Shown here piece after piece: positions 17,780 through 27,016 of a stretch of 36,745 nucleotides of DNA. Position numbers and translations under genes: made by a program. The notes beneath the pieces are model-generated. The model worked only from the letters and a program-made list of their open reading frames with translations. It made no database searches and was not told the DNA's origin. The DNA comes from a virus (Duplodnaviria > Heunggongvirae > Uroviricota > Caudoviricetes). Position 1 is the first letter of the stretch. Each line of letters starts with the position of its first letter. Location of the stretch: IMG/VR virus record IMGVR_UViG_2585427964_000003; one strand, given 5' to 3'.

Positions 17780-18288
17780 CAGATTTGACTCACGATGCAG
17801 CGCGGCTTGTCCTGGATACGCGCCACCGCCCAGCGCATATCCCGCCACAGTTCATCAATGGTGCTGTCAATGCTGTCAGCCTTCTTGTCACCTTTCGCAC
17901 TGGCATCCACGCCGCGATAACGCTCATAAAGCGACGCGGTCGCCATCGCACACACGGCGCGCTCGTAGTAAAAAACTTTGATGCTTTCACCGTCGATGTC
18001 GTCCGCCGGGACGTCCGCCAGACGCGTAAAACCGGCAGCAATTTTCTGTTCGCGGTACTCGTACAGCTCCGCATTCGTTTCAGCCATGCCTGACTTGATG
18101 GCCTCACGCAGACGGGCGGGGGCGACGGTCTGCTCAAGGCGCATACGTTCCCGGACGCGCTTCGGATCGATATCGGGAAAAAAGAACGTGTTTTTAATCA
18201 CCGGCTCGTCGCCTGCCGGTTGCGGGATGACCACCGTACCCTCACCGGACACGGGAGCCTCCTTTCGCGGAATAATCAGCGTCATCAT
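17779..18288 (-). CDS. L: Head completion protein gpL
   Basis: ATG-ATG at 18283-18288 (MMTLIIPRKE...) with a GAGGTAG Shine-Dalgarno gives 169 aa as in P2 L; the ORF-track start at 18348 is probably too far upstream. Confidence 0.85.
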   Translation of the reverse strand: MMTLIIPRKEAPVSGEGTVVIPQPAGDEPVIKNTFFFPDIDPKRVRERMRLEQTVAPARLREAIKSGMAETNAELYEYREQKIAAGFTRLADVPADDIDGESIKVFYYERAVCAMATASLYERYRGVDASAKGDKKADSIDSTIDELWRDMRWAVARIQDKPRCIVSQI

Positions 18289-18387
18289 GACTACCTCTGA
18301 AAAGTCGGGCGGTGGACGCCGGTGCAGTGTCAGGTGATTCACCCTCACTGACCGGCGTGCCGCCCTGGCGCGGGGCGCATTCGGTTG

Positions 18388-18465
18388 TTAACTGGCTTTC
18401 TTTTTCGGGCGTCCACGTTTTGCCGGTGTCACGCTCCGGGTCTTACGTGGGGCGCGGGTGGCCGC
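18388..18465 (-). pseudogene. M: Orphaned 3' end of terminase gene M, separated from its 5' part by the IS insertion
   Basis: Manual translation of the minus strand from the left target-site duplication reads in-frame AATRAPRKTRSVTPAKRGRPKKKAS-stop (TAA at 18390-18388), continuing the M frame interrupted at 21047. Confidence 0.7.
18461..18465. repeat. Target-site duplication GCCGC (left copy) of the IS21-family element
   Basis: GCCGC directly abuts the left IS terminus TGCGTATT...; an identical GCCGC at 21047-21051 abuts the right terminus. Confidence 0.7.
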
Positions 18466-18658
18466 TGCGTATTTTCATGAAAGGAGATCACTCAATAACT
18501 TCCATCGAGATCGGGTAATAACATTTGAACAGATCGCTGAATAACATCGATGGAGATCACTTTTGACTCATTTTGTTATTCAGTGATCTCCATCAATGTT
18601 ATTGGAACTTCACAGGTGTGTTGATCTGTATCTTTTGCCATTCCGGTAAAGGATACCT

Positions 18659-20200
18659 ATGCCAACAGTTCCAATTTCTATGAGAAAACTTAAAGAAATT
18701 CTTAGGCTTAAATACGGTGTTGGACTCAGCCATCGACAAATTGGTCGTAGTCTTGCAATCTCCCCTTCCGTTGTATCCAGATATGCTAATCGGGCGGCTC
18801 AACTTGGCATAAAGCAGTGGCCCTTACCTACAGGATGGGATGATACAAAACTAAAACATGCGTTCCTTCAGACCCAGGTTAAGATGAAGAAGCACTCTCT
18901 GCCTGACTGGGCTACAGTACACCGGGAACTGCGTAATAAATGCGTGACGCTGCAGCTACTCTGGGAAGAATACTGTGAGCGTAATCCAGGCGGTTTTTAC
19001 AGCTATAACCATTACTGCCGGATGTACCGTGAATGGCTCAAAACCACTTCACCATCAATGCGTCAGGTACATAAAGCTGGCGAAAAACTTTTCGTTGATT
19101 ACTGTGGACCTACCGTTGGCGTTACCGACCCTGAGACCGGAGAAATAAGAACTGCTCAGGTCATCGTAGCTGTTCTCGGGGCATCAAGTTACACATGGGC
19201 AGAGGCCACCTGGTCTCAGCAGCTTGAAGACTGGGTGATGAGTCATGTTCGCTGCTTCCAGTGGTTGGGTGGCGTTCCTGAACTTGTTGTTCCGGACAAT
19301 CTGAAAAGCGCCACATCCAGGGCATGTAAGTATGATCCTGACGTTAACCCTACCTACCAGCAGATGCTTGAGCATTATAATGTCGCAGTTTTGCCTGCGC
19401 GGCCACGTAAACCGAAAGATAAAGCCAAAGCTGAAGTTGGCGTTCAGGTTGTTGAACGCTGGATCATGGCCCGAATCAGGCATGAGATCTTCTACAGCCT
19501 TGCATCGCTTAATCAGCGCATTCGGGAGTTGCTGGAAAGACTGAATAACAAAATAATGCAGAAGTTGGGTTATTCACGTGCAGAACTCTTCATCCAGCTT
19601 GATAAACCCGCACTGAAGCCTCTTCCTGAAGCCAGTTACAGTTACACCCTGGTGAAGAAAGTCAGAGTTCATGCCGATTACCACGTGGAAATCGACAAAC
19701 ATTACTACTCGGTTCCATGTTCGCTGTTAGGCCAGCAACTGGAAGCATGGATCTCCGGAGAACTGGTAAGACTCTTCAATCAGGGGCAGGAGGTTGCTGT
19801 GCACCCGCGCAAGCGTACTTATGGCTACAGTACCCGCAACGAGCACATGCCTGAAGCTCATCGACAGCATGCCACCTGGACGCCAGAGCGTCTTCTGGAA
19901 TGGGCGGGGCACATAGGCAGTGAAACTCATAGTTATGTGCTTCATATACTGAACTCTCGTCCACATCCGGAACAAAGCTATCGCTTCTGCCTTGGACTCC
20001 TGAACCTTCATAAAAAATACAGTAAAGCCAGACTTAATGCAGCATGTGCAAGAGCTCTGAAAACAAAGGTATGGCGTCTGTCAGGTATTAAATCGATCCT
20101 GGAAAAAGGTCTGGATAAACAACCTGTTCAGGATCCAAAACCAGATCTGTTATCCACGATGGAACACGAAAACGTACGCGGCAGTGAGTATTACCACTGA
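18659..20200 (+). CDS. istA: IS21-family transposase IstA
   Basis: 513-aa ORF with N-terminal helix-turn-helix (LSHRQIGRSLAISPSVVSRY) and a DDE-type integrase core; AAGGA Shine-Dalgarno before the ATG. Confidence 0.85.
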   Translation: MPTVPISMRKLKEILRLKYGVGLSHRQIGRSLAISPSVVSRYANRAAQLGIKQWPLPTGWDDTKLKHAFLQTQVKMKKHSLPDWATVHRELRNKCVTLQLLWEEYCERNPGGFYSYNHYCRMYREWLKTTSPSMRQVHKAGEKLFVDYCGPTVGVTDPETGEIRTAQVIVAVLGASSYTWAEATWSQQLEDWVMSHVRCFQWLGGVPELVVPDNLKSATSRACKYDPDVNPTYQQMLEHYNVAVLPARPRKPKDKAKAEVGVQVVERWIMARIRHEIFYSLASLNQRIRELLERLNNKIMQKLGYSRAELFIQLDKPALKPLPEASYSYTLVKKVRVHADYHVEIDKHYYSVPCSLLGQQLEAWISGELVRLFNQGQEVAVHPRKRTYGYSTRNEHMPEAHRQHATWTPERLLEWAGHIGSETHSYVLHILNSRPHPEQSYRFCLGLLNLHKKYSKARLNAACARALKTKVWRLSGIKSILEKGLDKQPVQDPKPDLLSTMEHENVRGSEYYH

Positions 20201-20211
20201 TACGGGATCCA

Positions 20212-20961
20212 ATGATGAATCATCTTTACGAACAACTGACCGCACTTAAACTCACCGGCTTCCGTGATGCGCTTAAAAAGCAACTTGCTCAGCCGGGCAC
20301 ATACCAGGAGCTGGGCTTCGAAGAACGCCTGTCATTACTGACAGCAGAAGAACTAACCTGCCGTGAAAACAGGAAGGCAGAGCGTCTGATCAAACATGCA
20401 CGGTTCAGACTTAATGCTGAGTTATCAAAGCTGGATTATCGTAACAATAGAGGGCTGGACAGGGCCCTCATCCGTTCACTCAGTCAGGGAAACTGGTTAA
20501 CCCTGAAACAAAATATTTTACTGACCGGGGCCACCGGCAGCGGTAAAACGTTCCTGGCATGTGCACTTGGTCATAATGCCTGCCGACAGGGATACAAGGT
20601 CTACTATTATCGCCTTAAAGCGCTGATGGAACAGTGCTATCAGGGGCATGCTGATGGAAGATACAGCAAACTTTTGACCAGGCTGAATAATAGCGATCTG
20701 CTGCTTCTGGATGACTGGGGGCTGGAACCTCTCTCATCAGAACAGCGTAGCGACCTGCTGGAAATAGTGGATCTGATGTACCAACGAGGCTCAATCATCG
20801 TAGTGAGCCAGTTGCCGGTGGAAAACTGGTACAAAATGATCGGAGACTCCACACATGCGGATGCCATCCTAGATCGACTGGTTCATGGCAGTATCAAGAT
20901 CGAACTTAAAGGAGAATCAATGCGGAAAATACAATCTCCGTTGACCGAAGGAGATCAGTGA
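20212..20961 (+). CDS. istB: IS21-family ATP-binding helper protein IstB
   Basis: 249-aa ORF with Walker A (GATGSGKT) and Walker B (LLLLDDWG), the typical IstB AAA+ architecture, immediately downstream of istA. Confidence 0.88.
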   Translation: MMNHLYEQLTALKLTGFRDALKKQLAQPGTYQELGFEERLSLLTAEELTCRENRKAERLIKHARFRLNAELSKLDYRNNRGLDRALIRSLSQGNWLTLKQNILLTGATGSGKTFLACALGHNACRQGYKVYYYRLKALMEQCYQGHADGRYSKLLTRLNNSDLLLLDDWGLEPLSSEQRSDLLEIVDLMYQRGSIIVVSQLPVENWYKMIGDSTHADAILDRLVHGSIKIELKGESMRKIQSPLTEGDQ

Positions 20962-21018
20962 AGGTAATTTAAAAACGGTTCTGTGAAAGTGACACGAACC
21001 GATCTCCATCGATGTTAC

Positions 21019-21711
21019 TCACCGATCTCCTTCACGGTAATACGCAGCCGCTTTGGGCTGCGGCTTCGGTTTCAGCTCCCGCTCCAGTCGTTCAATCTCT
21101 TTTTTGACGCCTGCCTGACAGTCGAGCTGTGTCGCACGTTGCAGGTGCGCCAGCGCCCCTGCGGCATCACCAGCGTCACGCAGAAACAGACCGGTGATTT
21201 TGTGCAGCTTTGCGCGCACTTCATCAGGCATGTCTGCCGTGGCGGTAAGTTCAAGGGTGTCCGTCAGCAGGCGGGTATCCACGGATTCACCGGCAGCGTG
21301 AGCGCGCATGGCCGCGAGTGCCACTTCCTCGGTGAACATGTACGGCGGGGTGCGGCGGTGTTTACCCGGCATGGTCAGACCGTACTTCAGGGCATAACGG
21401 GCAATCTCCAGCGCACCGGCAATATCGCCGGTATCCAGACGCCACAGCATGACCGTCATCAGAATGTCATCCTGTGCACCTTTGCCCTGCTCCAGCACGC
21501 CGTTCACCCACGGCAACCAGAACGGCAGCAGTTCGCGTTTTTTCGCGGCCTTCAGCTCTTTTGAATAAATCGCTTTCAGTGTGCGCTGGTCTGCGGCGAG
21601 CTTAACCAGCATCTGCTCATAGACAGTTGCATGTCGCAGCGGGGCGGCTTCCCGCTGCGCGGTCATCGCTGCCGAGACCCGCATCATGTGGCGCTGTGCG
21701 GGACTCGTCAT
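21019..21711 (-). pseudogene. M: Terminase small (endonuclease) subunit gpM, 3' end interrupted by IS insertion
   Basis: 230-aa ORF MTSPAQRHMMRVSAAMTAQ...; its last 8 codons (AYYREGDR-stop) are encoded by the IS right terminus. Native sequence runs up to the GCCGC duplication at 21047-21051. Confidence 0.8.
21047..21051. repeat. Target-site duplication GCCGC (right copy)
   Basis: Identical 5-mer to 18461-18465, directly flanking the right IS terminus. Confidence 0.7.
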
Positions 21712-21714
21712 CGG

Positions 21715-22788
21715 TTACGCTCCCGGCTCTGCGGTCGCCCTGGCCGGTGTGGAGAAATCACCGACCTTAATTTTTTCCACCAGACAACCGGCGGCGTAGT
21801 CTTCCACCACGTAATCAATGTTCATTGACTCGTAGTTCTCCACGCGGTCGAGTTTCGGGTTTTCCACAATCACGCGGCGATGGCTGTCATCCATGTAGTA
21901 GATGGACAGGTTTTCCAGCTTCGTGATGAGCATCGCATCCGCCGGGAAGTACGGGACGCGTACCGCCGGCAGGTTACCGATGCGTTTCTGGCTGATGATG
22001 ACGTCAGCGGCCAGCATTTCGCTGTTGTCCTGCTCCTTGTTGACGATGGGGAAATACTTGTCCGCCAGTAGCTGACGTCCCACAATCACCACAAGGTCAG
22101 GGTCTTCCTGATACCACGGCTCAATCAGGTTGTTGGTCGCATCCATCACCAGTGCATCGAGGCTGGCATAATCACCGCCCTTACCCACGCGGATGACCTC
22201 AGAGGTCGTGTGACCTTCCTCGTCAGTGACCTTGCTCATCACGCGCGCCGGGGCTTCATTGCGGTATTTCTGCAGCCAGCCGACCGCCACATCCTGCAGC
22301 ATCGGATTGCTGCTGCGGTCAGAGGTTTCGGCACGCTTCACGCCGTTAAAACCGGCCATGATGAAATCAAGGGACTGGCGTTTGATAATGGCGTTACGGA
22401 TACGGAGCTGGAAATCCTGATAACGCGCCCACAGGTCAAGCGTTTTGTAGCGGATATAAAAATCGAAGTTAATCTGGTCGCATTCGTACTTGTTTGACGC
22501 CAGCTTCGAGAAGTCCTTCGGCTGACGCTCGGTGCCACCGGCGGTGTCGGTGGTGCTGGCGATGGAGCCGGTGACACCAATACCAATTTTTTCCCCTTTC
22601 ATTTCGCTGACCGGCACAATGTTGATGCGGGTCAGAAAGTCAGAGGACTCCTGCATGGTGTTCATCAGGGTCTGGGTGACCGACGGTTCAACGGTGAATT
22701 TTTTCGACACATCACCGGCGTCGATGCCGTTCAGTTCGGCAACACGGGACAGGTAAGCATTAAATTTAAAGCGGGTTTCCTGGCGCAT
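21715..22788 (-). CDS. N: Major capsid protein gpN
   Basis: 357-aa ORF, size and position match P2 N. Confidence 0.92.
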   Translation of the reverse strand: MRQETRFKFNAYLSRVAELNGIDAGDVSKKFTVEPSVTQTLMNTMQESSDFLTRINIVPVSEMKGEKIGIGVTGSIASTTDTAGGTERQPKDFSKLASNKYECDQINFDFYIRYKTLDLWARYQDFQLRIRNAIIKRQSLDFIMAGFNGVKRAETSDRSSNPMLQDVAVGWLQKYRNEAPARVMSKVTDEEGHTTSEVIRVGKGGDYASLDALVMDATNNLIEPWYQEDPDLVVIVGRQLLADKYFPIVNKEQDNSEMLAADVIISQKRIGNLPAVRVPYFPADAMLITKLENLSIYYMDDSHRRVIVENPKLDRVENYESMNIDYVVEDYAAGCLVEKIKVGDFSTPARATAEPGA

Positions 22789-22846
22789 AGTTTTTCCTGA
22801 AATTAAGGGTTAATCGTGAAGGTTTTCCCGGACTGACTGACACCGG

Positions 22847-23701
22847 TCAGCAGTTCGTCATCAGGGCGTCACCGCCACCACCGGTGGCCTTGCTGCGGCG
22901 CTGCTGGGTCAGACTTTCGGTGTGGTCGAGACTGTTTTTCAGGCGGGTGAATGCCTGGCTGGTTTCATCCGCCCTGTCAGTCACCTCCTGCTTAAGTGCG
23001 GAAAAGGCGTTTTCCATCTCAGCGAGGCGCTGCTCAGTGGCGCTCAGTTTTTCCTGCACATGTTCAGCAACAGCGGTCACCGCTTCATGCACGTCATTCA
23101 GACGGGCGTCATCGCTGGCCTGTTTACGGCCAAAAATGGATTTCACCTTTTCGGTCAGGGCGGTGAACACGGTTTCAGGCAGGTCTTCAAATTCCAGCTC
23201 AACGGGCGTTGCCACTGAAATCAGGTTTTCAGGGCTTAATTTGAAGCGGTTCAGAGGGTTGTGTTTTGCCGTGCGGCAGAATTCCAGGTATTCCGTACCG
23301 AGGCTTGCCGGGTCATCGGTGACGGCCAGACCCACCAGATAACATTTGCCTGTGTTGGCAAAGTTCGGCTGAATTTCCATTGAGGTATAGACCTTCTGCG
23401 CGGCCTTGTTCATCGCGATAAGGTCATCGGTCGGGGTGATTTTCGCAAACAGCGCCCATTTGCCTTTCAGCGCCGAATCATCGTCAATCTTTTCGGCCTT
23501 CAGTTCGACCACATCGCCATAACGCTTAAAAATGCCGTCAGGCAGGATGCCGCGCAGATGTTCCAGGTTAATGCGGCAACCATAGACACGCGGGTCAAAG
23601 GTTTCGGCCATTTCCTGAATATCCTGCGCACTGATGACACGCCCGTCACAGGTGTCACCCTCAACGCCGATACGAAAGAATTTTGAGACTTTTTTTGCCA
23701 T
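22847..23701 (-). CDS. O: Capsid scaffolding protein gpO
   Basis: ATG at 23699-23701 (MAKKVSKFFRIG...) gives 284 aa as in P2 O; the ORF-track start at 23767 is further upstream. Confidence 0.88.
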   Translation of the reverse strand: MAKKVSKFFRIGVEGDTCDGRVISAQDIQEMAETFDPRVYGCRINLEHLRGILPDGIFKRYGDVVELKAEKIDDDSALKGKWALFAKITPTDDLIAMNKAAQKVYTSMEIQPNFANTGKCYLVGLAVTDDPASLGTEYLEFCRTAKHNPLNRFKLSPENLISVATPVELEFEDLPETVFTALTEKVKSIFGRKQASDDARLNDVHEAVTAVAEHVQEKLSATEQRLAEMENAFSALKQEVTDRADETSQAFTRLKNSLDHTESLTQQRRSKATGGGGDALMTNC

Positions 23702-23874
23702 TGTCAGGAGTCCTGAATAGTGATTAGAGGAGTCACATGTCGGCATCAGTTTCCCGACGATGCGCATCCTCCGCCATCAGTCCCGGATGGCTTATCACTG
23801 ACACAACAGCACCTTAGCGAATCGCAGGGCGCGACTCAGTAGCCTTGCCGTGTATTCATCACGGCGAGGTATTC

Positions 23875-25647
23875 ATGACCATCACCACAGACACCACTCT
23901 TTTACACGACCCGCGTCGTCAGGCGGCGCTGCTGTACTGGCAGGGGTTTTCCGTGCCGCAGATTGCCGCCATGTTGCAGATGAAACGCCCGACGGTGCAG
24001 AGCTGGAAACAGCGCGACGGCTGGGACAGCGTTGCCCCCATCAGCCGTGTCGAAATGAGTCTGGAAGCGCGGCTGACCCAGCTCATCATCAAACCGCAGA
24101 AAACCGGCGGTGACTTCAAGGAAATTGACCTGCTGGGACGCCAGATTGAACGACTGGCACGGGTAAACCGTTACAGTCAGACCGGCAACGAGGCAGACCT
24201 TAATCCGAACGTCGCTAACCGCAACAAAGGCGGGCGGCGCAAACCGAAAAAGAATTTTTTCAGTGACGAGGCCATCGAAAAGCTGGAGCAGATTTTCTTT
24301 GAGCAGTCTTTCGACTATCAGTTGCACTGGTATCGCGCCGGGCTTGAGCACCGCATCCGCGATATCCTGAAATCCCGCCAGATTGGCGCGACGTTTTATT
24401 TTTCCCGCGAGGCGCTGCTGCGCGCCCTGAAAACCGGCCATAACCAGATTTTTCTGTCGGCCAGTAAAACGCAGGCGTATGTGTTCCGCGAATACATCAT
24501 CGCCTTTGCCCGTCTGGTTGACGTTGACCTGACCGGTGACCCGATTGTCCTGGGCAATAACGGTGCAAAACTGATTTTTCTCGGCACCAACTCCAACACC
24601 GCACAGAGCCATAACGGCGACCTGTACGTCGATGAGATTTTCTGGATCCCGAATTTTCAGGTACTGCGTAAGGTGGCATCAGGTATGGCCTCACAGAGTC
24701 ACCTGCGCTCGACCTATTTCTCCACCCCGTCCACGCTGGCGCACGACGCCTACCCGTTCTGGTCGGGTGAACTGTTCAACCGGGGACGCGCCAGCGCCGC
24801 CGAACGCGTGGAAATCGACGTCAGTCATAACGCCCTTGCCAGCGGGCTTCTCTGTGCGGACGGCCAGTGGCGGCAGATTGTCACCATTGAGGACGCCCTG
24901 AAAGGCGGCTGCACGCTGTTCGACATTGAGCAGCTCAAACGCGAAAACAGCGCCGACGATTTTAAAAACCTGTTCATGTGTGAATTTGTTGACGACAAGG
25001 CGTCGGTGTTCCCGTTCGAGGAGCTGCAACGCTGTATGGTCGACACGCTGGAAGAATGGGAAGACTATGCGCCGTTTGCCGCCAATCCGTTCGGCTCACG
25101 TCCGGTATGGATTGGTTACGACCCGTCACACCGTGGCGACAGCGCCGGATGCGTGGTACTGGCACCGCCGGTGGTGGCCGGTGGCAAATTCAGAATACTT
25201 GAGCGTCACCAGTGGAAAGGCATGGACTTTGCCACCCAGGCTGAATCCATCCGCAAACTCACCGAAAAATATAACGTCGAATACATCGGTATTGATGCCA
25301 CCGGCCTCGGTGTCGGCGTGTTCCAGCTCGTGCGCTCGTTCTATCCCGCCGCGCGCGATATCCGCTACACGCCGGAAATGAAAACCGCAATGGTGCTCAA
25401 GGCAAAAGACGTTATCCGCCGTGGCTGTCTGGAATATGACGTCAGCGCCACCGACATCACCAGCTCGTTTATGGCTATCCGCAAGACCATGACCAGCAGC
25501 GGACGCAGCGCCACCTATGAGGCCAGTCGCAGCGAGGAAGCCAGCCACGCCGACCTCGCCTGGGCGACCATGCACGCCCTGTTAAATGAGCCACTCACCG
25601 CCGGTATCAGCACCCCGCTGACATCCACCATTCTGGAGTTTTACTGA
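23875..25647 (+). CDS. P: Terminase large (ATPase) subunit gpP
   Basis: ATG at 23875 with a GAGG Shine-Dalgarno gives 590 aa (MTITTDTTLLHD...) as in P2 P; divergent from O. Confidence 0.9.
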   Translation: MTITTDTTLLHDPRRQAALLYWQGFSVPQIAAMLQMKRPTVQSWKQRDGWDSVAPISRVEMSLEARLTQLIIKPQKTGGDFKEIDLLGRQIERLARVNRYSQTGNEADLNPNVANRNKGGRRKPKKNFFSDEAIEKLEQIFFEQSFDYQLHWYRAGLEHRIRDILKSRQIGATFYFSREALLRALKTGHNQIFLSASKTQAYVFREYIIAFARLVDVDLTGDPIVLGNNGAKLIFLGTNSNTAQSHNGDLYVDEIFWIPNFQVLRKVASGMASQSHLRSTYFSTPSTLAHDAYPFWSGELFNRGRASAAERVEIDVSHNALASGLLCADGQWRQIVTIEDALKGGCTLFDIEQLKRENSADDFKNLFMCEFVDDKASVFPFEELQRCMVDTLEEWEDYAPFAANPFGSRPVWIGYDPSHRGDSAGCVVLAPPVVAGGKFRILERHQWKGMDFATQAESIRKLTEKYNVEYIGIDATGLGVGVFQLVRSFYPAARDIRYTPEMKTAMVLKAKDVIRRGCLEYDVSATDITSSFMAIRKTMTSSGRSATYEASRSEEASHADLAWATMHALLNEPLTAGISTPLTSTILEFY

Positions 25648-26681
25648 TGAGCAAGAAAAAAGGGAAAACACCGCAACCTGCGGCAAAAACAATCACCGCC
25701 AGCGCTCCGAAAATGGAGGCATTCACCTTTGGTGAGCCGGTGCCGGTACTCGACCGCCGTGACATTCTGGATTACGTCGAGTGCATCAGTAACGGCAGAT
25801 GGTATGAGCCACCGGTCAGCTTTACCGGTCTGGCAAAAAGCCTGCGTGCTGCCGTGCATCACAGCTCACCGATTTACGTCAAACGCAATATTCTGGCTTC
25901 AACGTTTATCCCGCACCCGTGGCTGTCCCAGCAGGATTTCAGCCGCTTTGTGCTGGATTTTCTGGTGTTCGGTAATGCGTTTCTGGAAAAGCGTTACAGC
26001 ACCACCGGTAAGGTCATCAGACTGGAAACCTCACCGGCAAAATATACCCGCCGTGGCGTGGAAGAGGATGTTTACTGGTGGGTGCCGTCCTTCAACGAGC
26101 CGACAGCCTTCGCGCCCGGCTCCGTGTTTCACCTGCTGGAGCCGGATATTAATCAGGAGCTGTACGGCCTGCCGGAATATCTCAGCGCCCTTAACTCTGC
26201 CTGGCTGAATGAGTCGGCCACGCTGTTCCGCCGCAAGTACTACGAAAACGGCGCACATGCCGGATACATCATTTACGTCACTGATGCCGTGCAGGATCGC
26301 AATGATATCGAAATGCTCCGCGAAAACATGGTGAAGTCGAAAGGCCGCAACAACTTTAAAAATCTGTTTCTCTATGCCCCACAGGGGAAAGCCGACGGCA
26401 TTAAAATTATCCCGCTCAGTGAAGTGGCGACGAAGGATGATTTTTTTAATATCAAAAAAGCCAGCGCCGCAGACCTGCTGGACGCGCACCGCATCCCCTT
26501 TCAGTTGATGGGCGGCAAGCCGGAGAACGTCGGGTCGCTGGGTGATATTGAGAAAGTGGCAAAGGTCTTTGTCCGCAATGAGCTTATCCCGTTACAGGAC
26601 AGGATCCGCGAGATAAACGGCTGGCTCGGTCAGGAGGTCATCCGATTTAAAAACTACTCACTGGACACTGACAACGGCTGA
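25647..26681 (+). CDS. Q: Portal protein gpQ
   Basis: 344-aa ORF, size and position match P2 Q; start overlaps the P stop (TGATG). Confidence 0.92.
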   Translation: MSKKKGKTPQPAAKTITASAPKMEAFTFGEPVPVLDRRDILDYVECISNGRWYEPPVSFTGLAKSLRAAVHHSSPIYVKRNILASTFIPHPWLSQQDFSRFVLDFLVFGNAFLEKRYSTTGKVIRLETSPAKYTRRGVEEDVYWWVPSFNEPTAFAPGSVFHLLEPDINQELYGLPEYLSALNSAWLNESATLFRRKYYENGAHAGYIIYVTDAVQDRNDIEMLRENMVKSKGRNNFKNLFLYAPQGKADGIKIIPLSEVATKDDFFNIKKASAADLLDAHRIPFQLMGGKPENVGSLGDIEKVAKVFVRNELIPLQDRIREINGWLGQEVIRFKNYSLDTDNG

Positions 26682-26686
26682 ACATC

Positions 26687-26708
26687 GCCGCCTGCGGGCG
26701 GCTTTTTT
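26687..26708 (+). terminator. Rho-independent terminator downstream of Q
   Basis: GCCGCC-TGCG-GGCGGC stem-loop followed by TTTTTT, 6 nt after the Q stop. Confidence 0.75.
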
Positions 26709-26850
26709 ACACCCCGTCATCACGCCCTCACACGCTCACCACCGCACAAAACAGCCCGCAGGCAAACCAACGCCCCGGCTAACAATCTAAACACCATCAT
26801 GACGCGCTCAGACGCTGAAAAAATAAAATCAGCACCACCGCCAGCGCGCA

Positions 26851-26869
26851 GTGCTTTCCCCGCCTCGCC
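26851..26869. other. cos cohesive-end site (P2-type 19-nt sequence)
   Basis: GTGCTTTCCCCGCCTCGCC is the reverse complement of GGCGAGGCGGGGAAAGCAC, which I recall as the P2 19-nt cohesive end; it lies between Q and the cargo/A region as expected. Confidence 0.8.
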
Positions 26870-27016
26870 CGCCCGCTTCATGCAGGGCTTTAAATGCAGT
26901 GCAGCAGTAATGGTTAGAATGCGCCAGCACTGATGTTAGATACCAGAACTGGCATTTAAAAATGAATGCAAATAAATGCACCAAACTAATTACTTACTGA
27001 CAAAAAATAAGTAAAA

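Larger units (their letters stand above)
18466..21046 (+). mobile_element. IS21-family insertion sequence (istA + istB), about 2581 bp, inserted into gene M
   Basis: Imperfect terminal inverted repeats: left TGCGTATTTTCATGAAAGGAGATCAC, right reverse complement TGCGTATTACCGTGAAGGAGATCGG. Multiple internal GGAGATC-containing repeats at both ends, two overlapping-adjacent ORFs with IstA/IstB features, flanked by 5-bp direct repeat GCCGC. Confidence 0.85.

Noticed and set aside
18478-18530. Alternative left IS boundary at about 18478 or 18526, with GGTAATA (18514-18520 / 21036-21042) as a 7-bp target duplication
   Set aside because: The region 18466-18525 itself carries GGAGATC-type IS repeats, and the boundary at 18466 gives matching termini (TGCGTATT at both ends), a flanking GCCGC direct repeat and a seamless in-frame reconstruction of M; the alternatives give none of these.
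23848-23866. Short inverted repeat GCCGTG-TATTCAT-CACGGC just upstream of the P start codon as a regulatory hairpin
   Set aside because: Only a 6-bp stem and it overlaps the Shine-Dalgarno region; could equally be chance. Not annotated as a feature.
23902-25575. Minus-strand ORFs (23902..24612, 24691..25029, 25126..25575) inside terminase gene P
   Set aside because: Antisense to the well-supported 590-aa gpP; no independent support.
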